A stretch of 64,000 bases of DNA from Trichosphaerium sp. ATCC 40318 (lineage: Eukaryota > Protista > Tubulinea): assembly GCA_038496445.1 (NCBI GenBank), contig JALMLS010000197.1, positions 82,690 through 146,689 of the forward strand, written 5' to 3'. The notes under the pieces are model-generated. The model was not told the origin of the DNA, ran no database searches, and was given only the letters and a program-made list of their open reading frames with translations. This document shows, in pieces, positions 49,202 to 62,159 of this stretch. A program made the position numbers and the translations under genes. How positions within the stretch are numbered: position 1 is the stretch's first letter; the number at the start of each line of letters is the position of its first letter.

Positions 49202-52200
49202 ATGCGTAGTACGTCACATAAGCTCGCTATTATAATAGCGTTATGTGTAGCGTGCTTGCCAGTACTCATCCACGCACAAACGGAGTGTGAAAAAGCATTG
49301 GTACGTAGAAGCGTATTATTCTTTTAACTTTTCTCCCAAAACTGCAACCGTCAACTTTTTAGTGCTCTAACATTACTAAGGACGCGTTAGTAACACAAAG
49401 AAGTACAAACGCGATGGCGTTATTTACAAACAGTGGCAAATGGATAGATGACATAGGTACAAAGCTGACAACGCGTCAATAGTTTGCTAAACCCTAAAAG
49501 GCAACTACGACAACTGTAATTTAAACGATGACGCTCATCATTGCTTAATCCAATTTCCTGCCAATGCTTTGTCATCTAATTCATCAGCCAACACAACTGG
49601 AAAGATAGGCAGTGTAGCGTAAGTCTGATTTTTTTACTTGTTTTGTACTGGGAACAAACTGGTTAAAACAGTTTTTCTTTCATATAAAGCGGTGCTGAAC
49701 GGTTAAAACCGTTGAAATAACATCACTTTGTCTGAACATCAAAAGCTAATACCTCTTAGGTTGTTTTGGGGCTTATGCCTGCCCGCAAACTGTTCATCAA
49801 GCGCTGTGAAACTAAGTCTCAGGAAATACATCCCAGATCGCCTGAGACAACTCGGTATTCCACAAGTTGTTGGTGAGTGGGCTTTCCTTACTGTTGAATA
49901 CTTACAAGGATACTAGCGCTTGCGGACACTATCTCAAGAGTTGCTAATGAATCACAAGTGACGTGCAGCAATGACCCTCGTAAATCATTAAGCGCTGGTA
50001 CCTATCAATACTGGATTGTTTAGGTTTAATTGTGCTATTTAGGTGCTATCGTTATGATAACGTTGATTGTGATTCTATGTGTCCTCGTGATTGTCTCTAC
50101 TGCACTCGATATTTTAGTATACCGTAAGGGTTCTGTGACTCGTCTTTCAATAGTCCAAGTAGAACCCAAAAGAGATCCGTTCTACGGAAGTACGTCGGTT
50201 TGTGGATTTTTTTCTTTTAAAGTTTTGATGTTCACGATTGCCTGTTAAATCTTTATTTAGGTACAAAATACAGTGAAATACCTCAGAATATTAATTCAGA
50301 GCAGAATACTGTTATATACAAAGAATCTGATTTGCAGCGGCCAATGCCAAAGGCAGAGACAAAGATACAACAGCTGTTTACAAGTTTTTCTGCGCTTAGA
50401 AACTTTCAACACTTGATTGCACCTCAAAAAGGAAAGATGGGTGTCCTCAATAGTGTTAGGTATTTTGATTATGTGTTGTATATTTAGATGCTAATTGTTT
50501 GGTAGGGTTATAAGTATGTTCTGGGTTATATTTGGTCACTCGTTTTTGTGTAAGCACTTTTGATGTTCACTTTGTAGTCTTTCAATTTTTTCTGATGTTG
50601 AATTAGTCTGGGCGAACCTAGGTGGTTCTGGATTGAAGAATTCCGAGTATCTACTATCCAGTGTCATACATAGACCATCGTTTCAGCTCATATTTAATGC
50701 ACCTTATAGTGTGGATTCCTTCTTTTTTCTTAGTGGTACTTTTTTTGCTTTTTGTTACTCGTTGTACTCATATTATGGCATTTAAGGGTTTTTGCTTGCG
50801 TATTTATTATATGAGCGATTTCATACAAAAGGAAACCTTTCTGCATACGAATGGGTGATGCTTTATGGTACAAATTTATTTTGTTTACCTTTTTTTTGCT
50901 TATTCCTTTAGTGCATCGTTGGCTTCGCTTAACGCCTATTTATGCGTTTTATCTATTCACATACACATATTTAATGCCTTCTATGGGTGCAGGTCCTTTT
51001 TGGTACTACTAGAAAGGTGTAAGTGTAAACACTGACAGAGGACTTAGGTCTGGATTCTCTGACAAGTTTACTGCTGGAAATCCTTGTAACCAGTACTGGT
51101 GGACAAACATGTTGTACATTAACAATCTTGTTCCTTGGAGCAAAGTATGATAGCGTTTGACTTCTAATTATCTTACTTAAATATTTAGCCTCTTGGCGGT
51201 TCATGTATGAGCTGGGCGTGGTACGTATTTCTTTTAGGTTTAACAAGATTATCATTAAAAACAAAGAAAAAGCTAATTTTTTTTGAAAAGGTACTTGGCC
51301 AATGATATGCAGTTCTTTGTCGTAACACCTCCTATGATATTTTTATATTACGCAAAACCTCGTGTAGGATTGGCGCTTATACTACTCGTTGTTTTAGTAA
51401 GTAGCGGTGTCAGGTACTATTTTAACATGGTGAAAAAGTGGTTTATCCTTACAAGCTTGTAGATTTTCAATGTCGTATGAATGGAATTTAGAAGTTGGGT
51501 TTGCAGCACTTCTTTTACCCTCTTCATCCAACAACTTTGAGCGTGTTTACGTTCGCCCATGGTTCCGTATAGGCGCCTACATGGTACTGCCGTTTACTAT
51601 TTCGGTGTTTTTTGACTTACACGTTTTTTTAAATTAGGTTGGTGTGCTTTTTGGGTTATTCTACCAGAAGAAGGCAAGTATAAAAACTAAAACTTGGCAA
51701 GCGTGGTTATCATGGTTTGTTTCTGCCTTTATAATGATCACACTATTATTTGCAACTATGGGTTTGTATAAAAATCCTCCACGTGCGTCCAATTTTTTTG
51801 TTTGTTTCAAGCTCTTTTCACTATTGACTTTGGCTTTAGAAACATGGCCACGCCTTGTTTCAAGTGTTTATAATTCTGTGGACAGACCATTATGGGTTGC
51901 TGGCCTGGGACTAGTTATGTTCACCTTCTTGACAGGTACAGTTGTAGCATAGATGATAACTGAGGTGTTTACCTTAATTTAGGACGCGGTGGCGTTATTG
52001 TTTCTTTTTTGGCTTCGCCAATATGGCTACCTTTTGCAAGACTCACCTACGGAGCGTATTTAGTTCATCCAATATGGTACAATCCTTAAAAATAGTATGT
52101 TTTAATTGACATTTTGATTGAATAGGATGACATTAAATACAGCAAGCAACCACGACTTGGATATTTACTCGGACTCTAACTTATACTTTAAAACCGCTGG

Positions 52201-52318
52201 CAATATTGTAATGGCGTATGGTCTTTCATTCGTATCATTTTTGCTGTTGGAGCGACCGTTTATGAACTTGGAGAAATGGGCTTTCACTTGGAAACGTAAA
52301 GAAAATAAGACGCTTTGA
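49202..52318 (+). CDS. NRF-6/OAC-type membrane O-acyltransferase (acyltransferase_3)
   Basis: Signal peptide; GNYDNC and WGLCLPANCS (NRF domain); FWVIFGH, VDSFFFLSG, HRWLRLTP, WWTNMLYINN, WYLANDMQFF, RLTYGAYLVH, LLLERPF. Confidence 0.92.
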
Positions 52319-52411
52319 CAGAGTTGTTTGTTCAAAATGTAAATAAAAAGTTATTTGTTAGTAATTAAGTACAAGATTATTGAGCTTTTAACAAGGCCAG
52401 AGCAACATGTG

Positions 52412-52928
52412 TTATGGTTCACAGTCGTCCCCTAGATCACGCATAACAAAGTGCTCGTCTTTCTCACAGATTTCCTTGTTATTGTAGGTGGCAACGGTGT
52501 GTAGCGCCTCGTGCAGCATAGTACCAACCTTTGCTGTCCGTTAGAAATTGCCAGAACAGTAGACTACTCACCAAATACTCGTCGCTCATCTTTGTAGCGC
52601 TGATCCATATTGTCGTATCATCAGACTCTCCGTAATCGTCTTCGTCATGTTTTAGCCTGGTTCCTTGAACCTTCGATACTGCTAACGCTATGTCAAGGCG
52701 GACGGTAATCTTTTTCCCTTTGTATTTTTTTCTAGCGCGTTCTTGAAACGCTTTTAATATCTTTTGTTCTTCCTGTTGTAAAAGTGCTACCACAACTTGT
52801 TTGGTAGCATTAATACGCTTCTTGGATACTGTAGAGCCAGATACATTACGATAGTTTGGGAATATAGATCCGTCTGTATGCCACCTAATATGTATGCGTC
52901 TATTGACGGCAATTTGCTTGTAATTCAT
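52412..52928 (-). CDS. Small HEXXH (zincin-like) orphan protein, 2 exons
   Basis: Spliced ...DYGESDDTTIWIS...EYL/VGTMLHEALH...EKDEHFVMRDLGDDCEP*. Confidence 0.75.
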
Positions 52929-53139
52929 GTTGTTTCTTTATACGTTACTTTGAAACAGAAGCTTAGAAGTGTTGACTTCAATGAAAAGGTCAAATATCTT
53001 TCTCAAAAATGATTTCCTATTCTTCTCATTTTTTTTCTCTATCCTTACAACGACAAATGCTTGCATTGTATATTCTCCATGAGTTTAAAGGTAATGAAGT
53101 TGGCAAATAGTGTTATTGTTTTCTCCGAAAATTGTTGTT

Positions 53140-56100
53140 TTATTCTACACTCAACTTGCAACAACGGTGAACGTGCCAATGCGAGTCTACGTTCTGATAA
53201 GGACATCTTCTGAAAACAAAAAATACGCACTGCTTCGAAACCGTCCAAGAATAAGTTAACCTCAATAATGTAACTACCAGGATCTTCTGGTGTGTAATCG
53301 ACATTGTATGTACCGTTTTGATTGTCGCTCATTGATACTTCAACGCTCTTGCCATCTGTAAATGTAAGTTAACATAGTACGCGTGTAGTAGGCAGCGTAC
53401 TAGAGTCTACAACAGAAACAACGAAAGCATCACCACCTATGCGAAGCTGATTACCATCTTCATCACGTGATATAACTGTAACACTATTTACAGCTCCAGA
53501 TTGCGGATTTGTTACACCTTGACCTTCAACTGTACATCTAATCCAACTTTAGTAAAATATAGGAAATAGAATCTAGGATATCGCACTTCGAAGGGCAAGG
53601 AGGGAGCCCAATAATTGGTCGCATTAGCTTTCCCTGTAACATTGAATTTCCAAATATTCTTACAAAAATAAGCGAATAAGAACAACATTCGAATGATAGT
53701 ACGAGATGTTAATATTGTGCATGCCCAATTTTCTAGGTGTATAACCTATCAAGTACTCTCCTTTCTCACCTATAACGGTGCCTTCTAGTAAATCACCTAA
53801 CCATTGTGTTGTTAATGTGACATTCACCAATCAACATGAATAGCAAACACGCACCATCAGGGTCCTTGATCTCAAGTTCAAATACTTCAGCACCAACATT
53901 AATTGGCCCTGACTCTGATTCTATTCGCACATAAAACGTTGCTTCCTTTCCTACCACACCACCAATGAGTCCGTTTCCATCAAACTTGTATCTTAGTTGC
54001 TGCTCTAACAAAATTACAAAGTTAGCGTGGGCCTTTTGTAGCCTTTTTAGTACTTTTAGCTTCAACTTTAAAAGGACTTCCTTTAATTGTACTTCCGTTT
54101 ATCTTGACCTCTATTTGGTATTCACCCGGCTAAGTTACTAGATGAGATACACAATAGTAAACATTGCGCGTACCAAGTTAGGGTAGTATACTACAACATA
54201 GGACCCATTTTTTCTATCACGTACATCATGTGATACAGTATCATCTACGCCTGTGATTGATACTTTAATATCATCACCTCCTACTATCCGGCTAGTTCCT
54301 TTTTCGTCTAGTGCTGTGATAGTAAAAGTGGCTAAAATGGATTTTTAGCCTTTTAATTCAATCACTGACTTGTTCACCGCACCTGGCTCTCCACAAACTG
54401 GTGACTTGAGCCCTGTACCCAAGACAATACATTTTGAAGGGTCGGTTGGTAGGAATATAGGTACTTTGATTGCTGTTTTCAGTATTGGATTATCAAACAA
54501 AAAAATTTGAACTGTATGTTCACCAACAGTTTTAGGCGTGTAGAAAACTGAGTAGCATCCGTTACTACCCTTAAGGGTATGTAAGAACATAACAACATAT
54601 GGGTGTTTTGTAATACCTCCACACGGGCTTCTAAACTTTCGTCATTGGGTCCCTTGATAGTGAAATCAAATTCTTCTATGTCCATATCAACAGGCTTATG
54701 CTCTTTTGTTTCAGCATAAAGGAAGAACTCGGCGACTTTATCAGCCGTTGCATATCGGACACCGATTCCATTCATTGTACATATCACTGATGCTGCATCA
54801 CGAAAAGATATTGGTGCTATGCAAGTTAGCAAACCGAAATTAAATCCCAAAATGTGTACTCTTTTTTACCACAATGGTAAATGGGCTGTTTTCAACAGGC
54901 TGATTTTGTGTCGTTATACGAATTTCCTTCTTCCCTTCTGTTTTAGGAGTCCAAGACAATGTATATACGCCCTTCCCAATGTCTTTAAAAGTGTACTTTT
55001 CGTCTTTGTTGTCTTGACCTGTTACAAGAAAAACACGAATAAAAAACTATAATAACAATGCAACAATACTTACTTTTAATAATACATTCAAACGTTGCAC
55101 CACCTACAGGAATGTTGCGACAGTATAAATCGCGAGATGTCACTTTAATGACTGAAGGTATTCCTACGTGTAGGGGTACAAACGAATTAAGTCCTTGCAC
55201 AGTACACTTGGAACCAACAATATCTAAGATATGATAAGAAAAGTTGTTGAAGCTTTTCTTATTTTGTGCTACCTTTGGTGTTTAGTAAACTCTCATCTTT
55301 GAGCTTAGTTTCACTTCTAAGAGTTGCCTTGATTACATGCGAATCTAACCTGGGAGTTGATAACTCCTTCAGATTAGACTGCTTTGTGGCATGGTCTTGT
55401 TTGTCGAGGAAATCCGGAAAGTCTCTTGACAAACGTTTGAAAGATGAACCTCTTCGTTTTCTTGGAGATCCTAGAGGTGACTGTAGTGTTGGGGATTGGG
55501 ACGTCTTATAAATATTAGCTTTAACAAACTAGGAGTACATACCTCTGGAATATTCAATGTTTTATTTTTTGTTTTGGTAGCAGGATTTTGATTTCCTAAA
55601 ATGTCATGTCAAACTGACACTTGAGAATTGATGGGCGACAGGACAGCGTACCAACAGCTTGAAAGGAAGCTGTTCTACCCAAAGCGCGTAATTTACGTCT
55701 TTCCTCTCGTTTTGCGTCTTGTTCCTGTGGCGATAAGTGAATTGGTATTAATTTATTATCATCAAATAAAGGTGTTTTACTACCTGCCGAACACGGAGTT
55801 TGTCAACTTCAGATGGAGTCGTACACGCCTCTTTTGTTACAGCTAGAGCTATTTAAAGGGATTTGACAGAAAAAGAGGAAAAATAAAAGCTGTTGTACTT
55901 GATTTAGGCTCAGGAGGCAACACCAAGCGCTTCAATCGCATAGCGGCGGTAGTATCGCTTGTCCAAATACGCTCGTGTACGCCAAGCCAATTAACCCATT
56001 GTAGGTTGGCATGAACGAAAACATCGCCCTTTGGTTGCGCTAGTGGAATTTGGAGAGTGTTCGCAAGGTCATTTACGCAGTAGTACGAGACACTACCTCG

Positions 56101-56154
56101 TTTACAATAGCGTAGTTCGACAAAGTGAAGGCGAACTGTACCTATTACTTCCAT
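53140..56154 (-). CDS. Filamin/ABP280 repeat protein with N-terminal Bro-N-like domain
   Basis: About 5 filamin repeats (SKCxVxGxG, GGD.F.V.V, DN.NGTY.V.YTP); first exon matches a Bro-N-like pattern; exons joined in frame. Confidence 0.8.
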
Positions 56155-56323
56155 CTGTATACATTCACCAATAATTTTTTTTGTACTGAAAAAGTGTCAA
56201 AAAAAATCTGAACTTACGAACAACCAGCTTGGTAGCCAAGTGGTGGAGGAAAAAAACAAAAGACGTTGTTTTGTGCGTCAAAGGAACTGTGCTATTTACC
56301 TAAACGCGTATTCATTGCATTTG

Positions 56324-57190
56324 ATGGCAACAAATATAACTGTGGTACATAAGGGAACGGCATACGTTGTGAAGAGCGGTCTTTGCGTGGGTGGTCTTCG
56401 AAATCTCTTTGGCTTACCTGAAAATGCCTGGTTCTGTCTGTTGCAAGGTGAGAACGAGGTTTTCCTACCCAACAGTGACGGATCATTTTCGGTATCGATG
56501 GGCACGTATATAATTAAAATATGCTCACCTTCGCATGAATCTAGCCCATCACGTGCTACATCTAAAAAGCTGTATAAATTAAATTTATTTGGTGGAGTGC
56601 TTGAAAGAGGGTCTGTGTACACCGCCCCAGATGGCACTGTGGTGCAAAGCTCCCAAATTTCGTTTGCAAACAAGAACTACTATTACATTGGCACGTTAGA
56701 CGTTTAGCCTTATGCGTTTTCTTTTTTTTTTTTTTTTTTGTGTTTAATGTCCAGTTAGGATATCTATTCAATAATAGAAATTGGGGATGCGGTGACAGTG
56801 ATGATGGCAGTCCAAACAATTGCTGGGCGAACATGTTTCTCACCAAGGGACATACTACTCTAACTGTCAGATTTCCTTCTGCGATGAATATTAGGAAGAT
56901 ACGGGTGTACCCAGGTTAGTGCATTCTCATTTTACTCCAACAATGTTAACTCTTGCTTGGTGGGTTACACTGGAGTGGACTATCGATGTGACTATAAGAT
57001 AACAATTAATATAACAAGTGACAAATTGAATTTAACGCCAAACTTTCAAACGTCAGCCGATAAAGGTTATGGTCACCATAATGATCACGCTATACCAGAA
57101 AATACTCTCACAAAGGAAGTTGTGTTTGACATGAGAAAATGTGGTCCAAGCTACTGTGGTTGTTGTGGAATTGAATTTTATTATGTCTGA
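56324..57190 (+). CDS. Hypothetical protein: small ubiquitin-like N-domain plus galactose-binding-like C-domain
   Basis: LRNLFGLP...FLPNSDGSF...TY; YLFNN...LTVRFPSAMNIRKIRVYP...CGIEFY resembles F5/8-type jelly roll. Confidence 0.55.
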
Positions 57191-57338
57191 ACTGCTAGAT
57201 GCGCTTAAAATAAACCAATCATAAGCGTCCGGCGCTTTACTTGCATTTCCACATATCCACTTTCGAGCTCTTGTTGACTTTTGCTTTTTTCTCTGTTTGG
57301 TTTTTTTTTTCTTTATTTTCGTTTTGTGGCTAATTAAT

Positions 57339-59676
57339 ATGGCCTATAACGAGCATCTAGCTCCCCTCCTATATGCTGTACCCGTAGAGCTTATACAAGA
57401 GGAATTGTGTATATACTTATCACCGCGCGAAATAATAGCGCTCAGCTTGTCTTCTCGACACCTCCAATGGCTGGCGTCGTCGTACGCTCTTTTGAAGAAG
57501 CAAACGCGATGTTATTGGCCGCGTATTTACTACAGGTACGCTTTATGCATTTAAAAATACAAATCAGAGTACCATTAGCGAATTATTAACGCCTTTACAA
57601 TTTAGCTTGATAGACTTGCCCTCAGTTAAAAATAAACCCGCGTGGTATCGCTCGCGATGGGACTGGGATAGCCCCGAGCGAAGAGCGTTTTTCAGCAGCT
57701 TATACAGGTACAAAGGCCAAAAACCAAAAAAAAATCTAATGATCATTTTTGTTAAAACTATGTCATAAAAAAAAATTTATTATTCTACCCTTTTGTCTTA
57801 CGCTGATCCGTCCAATAGAGTTCGTATCAAACATGCCAGAACCAAGGTGAGTGCCATTCAAGACACTAGTATAGCTATATCTCAGCCGATAGACTATGGT
57901 GATGAGTATTGGGAAGCATCTCAGGTCCGATATCAGATTAAACATCCAATTGAGAGTATTGTTTAGTAAAATTTTAATTAGGTTGTTGACTTGATGCGTG
58001 ATTTTGAAGATGACGTTGTACATCTCACATTTGCGAGTTACATATTGAAGAGACTTTGTTACCAGCAAGAGGATTCAGAAGATATTTCAAAGTTAGAGAA
58101 AGTAATTTTTGAAGGTGATCCATTTTTTTTTGTTTTGTTTTGTTTTTAACCGCTGTTACTGACCTGAACATTAGCTGGCGGATTGCAACTACTTATACAA
58201 GCTCTAGAAAAATTCAAATTTAACCCAGAGCTATACAGAGATGCGTTGGCGGCATTGGGCAATCTTTCCTTAAATCGTGCGACTAAAAATCACGCTGGTT
58301 TTTTTGGGTTTTTGTTTACTCTGCGTAGAACAAAATCAGGATTTTCTAACAAAACAAGAGAATGTTATATCCTTAATTTTTGATACAATCAAGCATCACT
58401 TGCATACGTGCGTTAAGAAATAGAAATTAACGGTTTTTCTTTCTGAAATTTTTTTTTTTGGCACAATGTCACCTTATTTAATTTGCTTGTAGCACGCCCT
58501 CAGTACTCAGTAATGCTTTCTTTTGCTTGGGCAATTTTTGTTTCAGAAACGGTGTGTGAAGAAATTAGTTACACTCACTATTTTATGACGCTGACATTTT
58601 TTGGGATATTTGTAGAAACAATGGCAAGTGTGTTAGCAAGAGAGCCATTCAAAGTACTTCCATACGCGTTGGATTCAATGAGGGCATTTCCAAATGACCC
58701 GGAACTGAGCGATGAAGTTACATTTATATTGCGTTCTTTAACATATTATGACAGTACGTTTTATAATTCATTTGGCTCTTTTTTTTGCTAAAAGGATGGT
58801 TAGACAACAATACAAAGGAAATATTTGAGGCTGGTGGCATTCCGCTGATAGTTAATGCGCTGAATATGTTTAAGGGTAGCCGCAAGATTCCATGTTTATT
58901 TTTATTAACAATGTACTAGATAAATGCAGTTCCGATGCTTTAGGCTTAGTTGTGAATGCTGTCATGTCAGGTACAAAGCAATCTAATGGGGTATAACTTT
59001 CTCTAATACCAGTTGTGTAGAGGATTGTAGTAAGGAACTTGTCAAACTTGGAATTTTGGAGATACTCGTGGGATTTTTTGATGCAAATCTCGATGTTAAT
59101 GATGTTGGTCATATTATAGGCACTTTGAGGAACCTTGCAACGTACCGTATGTCACATATTTTGTAATCACATGTCAAATTGACTTTTTTGAGCTTAAGAA
59201 TTTGTAATGCCTAAATTCAATGAGATGAAAGTTACCAAAAGGGTACTGCATCAATTGTCTAAAACGCCAAACCACGAATATATATACGAAGTTGTATTTG
59301 GCTATCTAGTAAACGTACTAATACTCGCAAAGAAGAGTGATGAAGCGAAAGGTACGAGAAAACAGCCGGCTGAATTCATTCCTTTTTTTTTTTTTGTAAT
59401 ACACGCATCTAATTTGTTGCAGAAATGGCCGCTCATGTTCTCGATCGTGCTATCATTTTGGCGTTCGAAGGAATTCTGAAGCCACTGACGCCTGAGGCAC
59501 ACCAAAATGTTTGTTGGTTTTTGGAGGAGTCTATAGCTTGGAAGCCAAAAAAGGCTGTCAAAAGCAGCTGTGCTGCTGAACTTGCGCGGTTGAGTGTAGC
59601 CAAAACATCCGCTCCCTTTACTCAAGCAAACATAAGTGCGATCATGAATTACTTTCAATTCATTGTACCTAGTTAA
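57339..59676 (+). CDS. F-box / armadillo-repeat protein
   Basis: LLYAVPVELIQEELCIYLSPREIIALSLSSR; ARM-like GGLQLLIQAL...ALAALGNLS, AGGIPLIVNAL, GTLRNLA. Confidence 0.78.
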
Positions 59677-59905
59677 TAATTGAAGACTACGTTCTCTTTG
59701 TATTTAAAAAAAAAGTAATTGACCTAATTTAACGCTTGGCAGTTGTGTTTTGTTTGACATACTCGAACCCCCCCCCAAGCGTTTTGGTTTCCTGAATAAA
59801 CACCATTTAACGTTGACATTTTTCGTACCAAATTTAAAGTCAAATCCAATTCTCACTAGCCACAAACCCATTTTTCAAAAAGGTTGCGCAAAGCCACGTA
59901 TTAAT

Positions 59906-61542
59906 ATGCTACGTACACTCTCGCGCTCGAAGGTCGCGACTACAACCGCTCGCAAGTGCCAAACAGTACAATCAAAGCGTTTTGGCTCCTCCAGCAGCAG
60001 AATGCATCCTACGGTACGTTTCATTAGCAATGGTAGCGGTTTTTTTTGCTTATTCGTCCAGCGAGTATTTTCTGGCATACAACCCACTGGCAATGTACAT
60101 TTGGGAAATTACCTTGGTGCTATAAGGCATTGGGTTGATTTGCAAGCTCAGCATCCTGCTAGTGTTATCTATTGCGTTGTGGACCTCCACTCGCTTACAG
60201 TATGCCCTAAAGGTACGCGGGGCAATATTAAAGCGGTCGGCAGCAATAATCCCCCGTTTTAGCGGATGACTTACGTGAAAGTACGTATGACACAATCGCT
60301 ACGCTTATGGCGTGTGGTATTGATCCGGACAAGAGCGTACTTTACAACCAGTCTCGGTACAGCATAAAAATACTAATAATTTGATGTTTTTTTTTTTTTT
60401 AAACGGTTTGAGCCGTTGCTCACGCAGTTTAGTGTGCCAGCGCATGCAGAGCTCTCTTGGATTTTAAGCAGCTATACGCTCACCAACGAGTTGAAGCGCA
60501 TGATACAATATAAAGTAAGTACTTTGTAAAGTTACGCGTGTTCCAAACCGAACCAGAATCTAATTGGACAAACATTGACACGTTAAAACTAGGAGAAAAC
60601 AAAAACAGCAGAGCGAGCAAATGCCGGGCTTCTTGTGTACCCAACATTGATGGCAGCTGACATGCTTCTCTTCAGGTTTGTTGTGGTGTTGTTTTATGAA
60701 CAAAAAAAAAGATGTGCTTGTGTTGATTAACATCGTTGTAGAGCCACGCATATACCTGTAGGCGAGGACCAAAAACAACATTTACAACTTGCGCGTAGCA
60801 TTGCTTCATCGTTTAACAGCATTAACAAAACCGATTATTTTCCAATTCCTGAGCTTTACACGATAGGTACGCCAGCAGAACATTTGTGCATCGGTGATGT
60901 TCCAGTGTTTGTTTTATCGACATGAACGCACCATATTAATTCCTGTATGTAGGCGGTTTACCAGTTATCACCAACGAGAGTAAGCGTATCATGTCTCTGG
61001 TAAATGCCAGTAAGAAAATGTCAAAGTCAGCAGAGCTATCTAGATCACGTATCCATTTGTGTGATAGTGATGATAAGATTAGAAAGAAGATTAAACGTGC
61101 AAAGACAGATTCTATAACTGGTACACTTATATTCTTTTGTTATCACTCACTTTGTACTTAGGCATAACATACACTACAGAGCGACCAGAGCTCAGGAACT
61201 TGATCAATATTTTTTCAGGTGTAGCTGAGCGGTGAGTGTATTACAACAATAACTATTTTATGACAAATGTGTAGGGATGTTGAGGATATTTCTGCAGATT
61301 TTGCAGAAGCTGACATGGGTGTCTTTAAAGAGGCTGTTACTGATGCATTAATTGCAAAAATTGGGCCTATACGTAAGCTTGTACATTTGTTTCCATTTTA
61401 ACACTTACAAGGCGAAAAAATTGCAAAATATAAAGATGATAAAGTGTACTTAAATAAAGTACTAGATGAAGGTGCTGCACGGGCAAATGAATTGGCATAT
61501 CACTCCATGGTTGAAGTAAGGAAATTTATTGGTTTGGTGTAA
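59906..61542 (+). CDS. WARS2: Mitochondrial (bacterial-type) tryptophanyl-tRNA synthetase
   Basis: Presequence; [19 protein letters not shown]; VDLH; [10 protein letters not shown]; [10 protein letters not shown]; KMSKS; AKTDS. Confidence 0.95.
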
Positions 61543-61804
61543 CTACAGTGGTTTCATTTAAATAAAAGCTACAATGTATAAACAACTTGTGTATTGTTTA
61601 TAAAGGGTTTCATTAGTTATTATCACAAAATAAGTATATTTCATCACTAACAGCCAATATAATACAAAACTGGTAAGGTTTAAACCCCTGGAATCTCAAA
61701 AACTGTTAAGTAAGTAAAATAGATTCCAATTTAGTGTAAAATACATTCCACAACCCTTTTAGCTCAAAGATAACGCCAGTATGCCAAATATAGCCATAAG
61801 CTTA

Positions 61805-61985
61805 CTAACCCTAGCCCTAACCCTAATTTTCATTAGGGCAGCCAACCCTAACCCTAAATACAAATTAGGGTTCGTGCCTAACCCTAATCGATATTAGGGC
61901 TAAATGATGTACTTCATCTAAGATTATCAAATATTTCAATGAATCAAGCATATTCATTGAACATTAGGGTTTATAAACCCTAGCT
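61805..61985. repeat. Interstitial telomere-like CCCTAA/TTAGGG cluster with fold-backs
   Basis: taaccctagccctaaccctaa, aaccctaaccctaa and several ccctaa-N-ttaggg inverted pairs. Confidence 0.8.
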
Positions 61986-62159
61986 CCTAATGTTTCTCAT
62001 TATTCAGTGAATGTTAGAGTTAAAAGGGAAGAACACGTGTTAAGTTCCATCACTTAACATGTGGTAGCAGTAGTAAAATAGAAATGGGAATTTTTAAGTA
62101 ATCCACCCTGTTTTCTTATGGGAAAAGTAGACGGAAAAACTCTTCCTTAATTCCCATTG

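Noticed and set aside
52928-53140. Apparent operon-like 9-nt spacing between the filamin gene and the HEXXH gene
   Set aside because: The better splice model ends the filamin gene at EALSVE* (53140) with an overlapping AATAAA, leaving about 210 nt
56900-56980. Possible non-AG intron acceptor in the 56324-57190 gene
   Set aside because: A canonical AG (actggag) slightly downstream restores the frame
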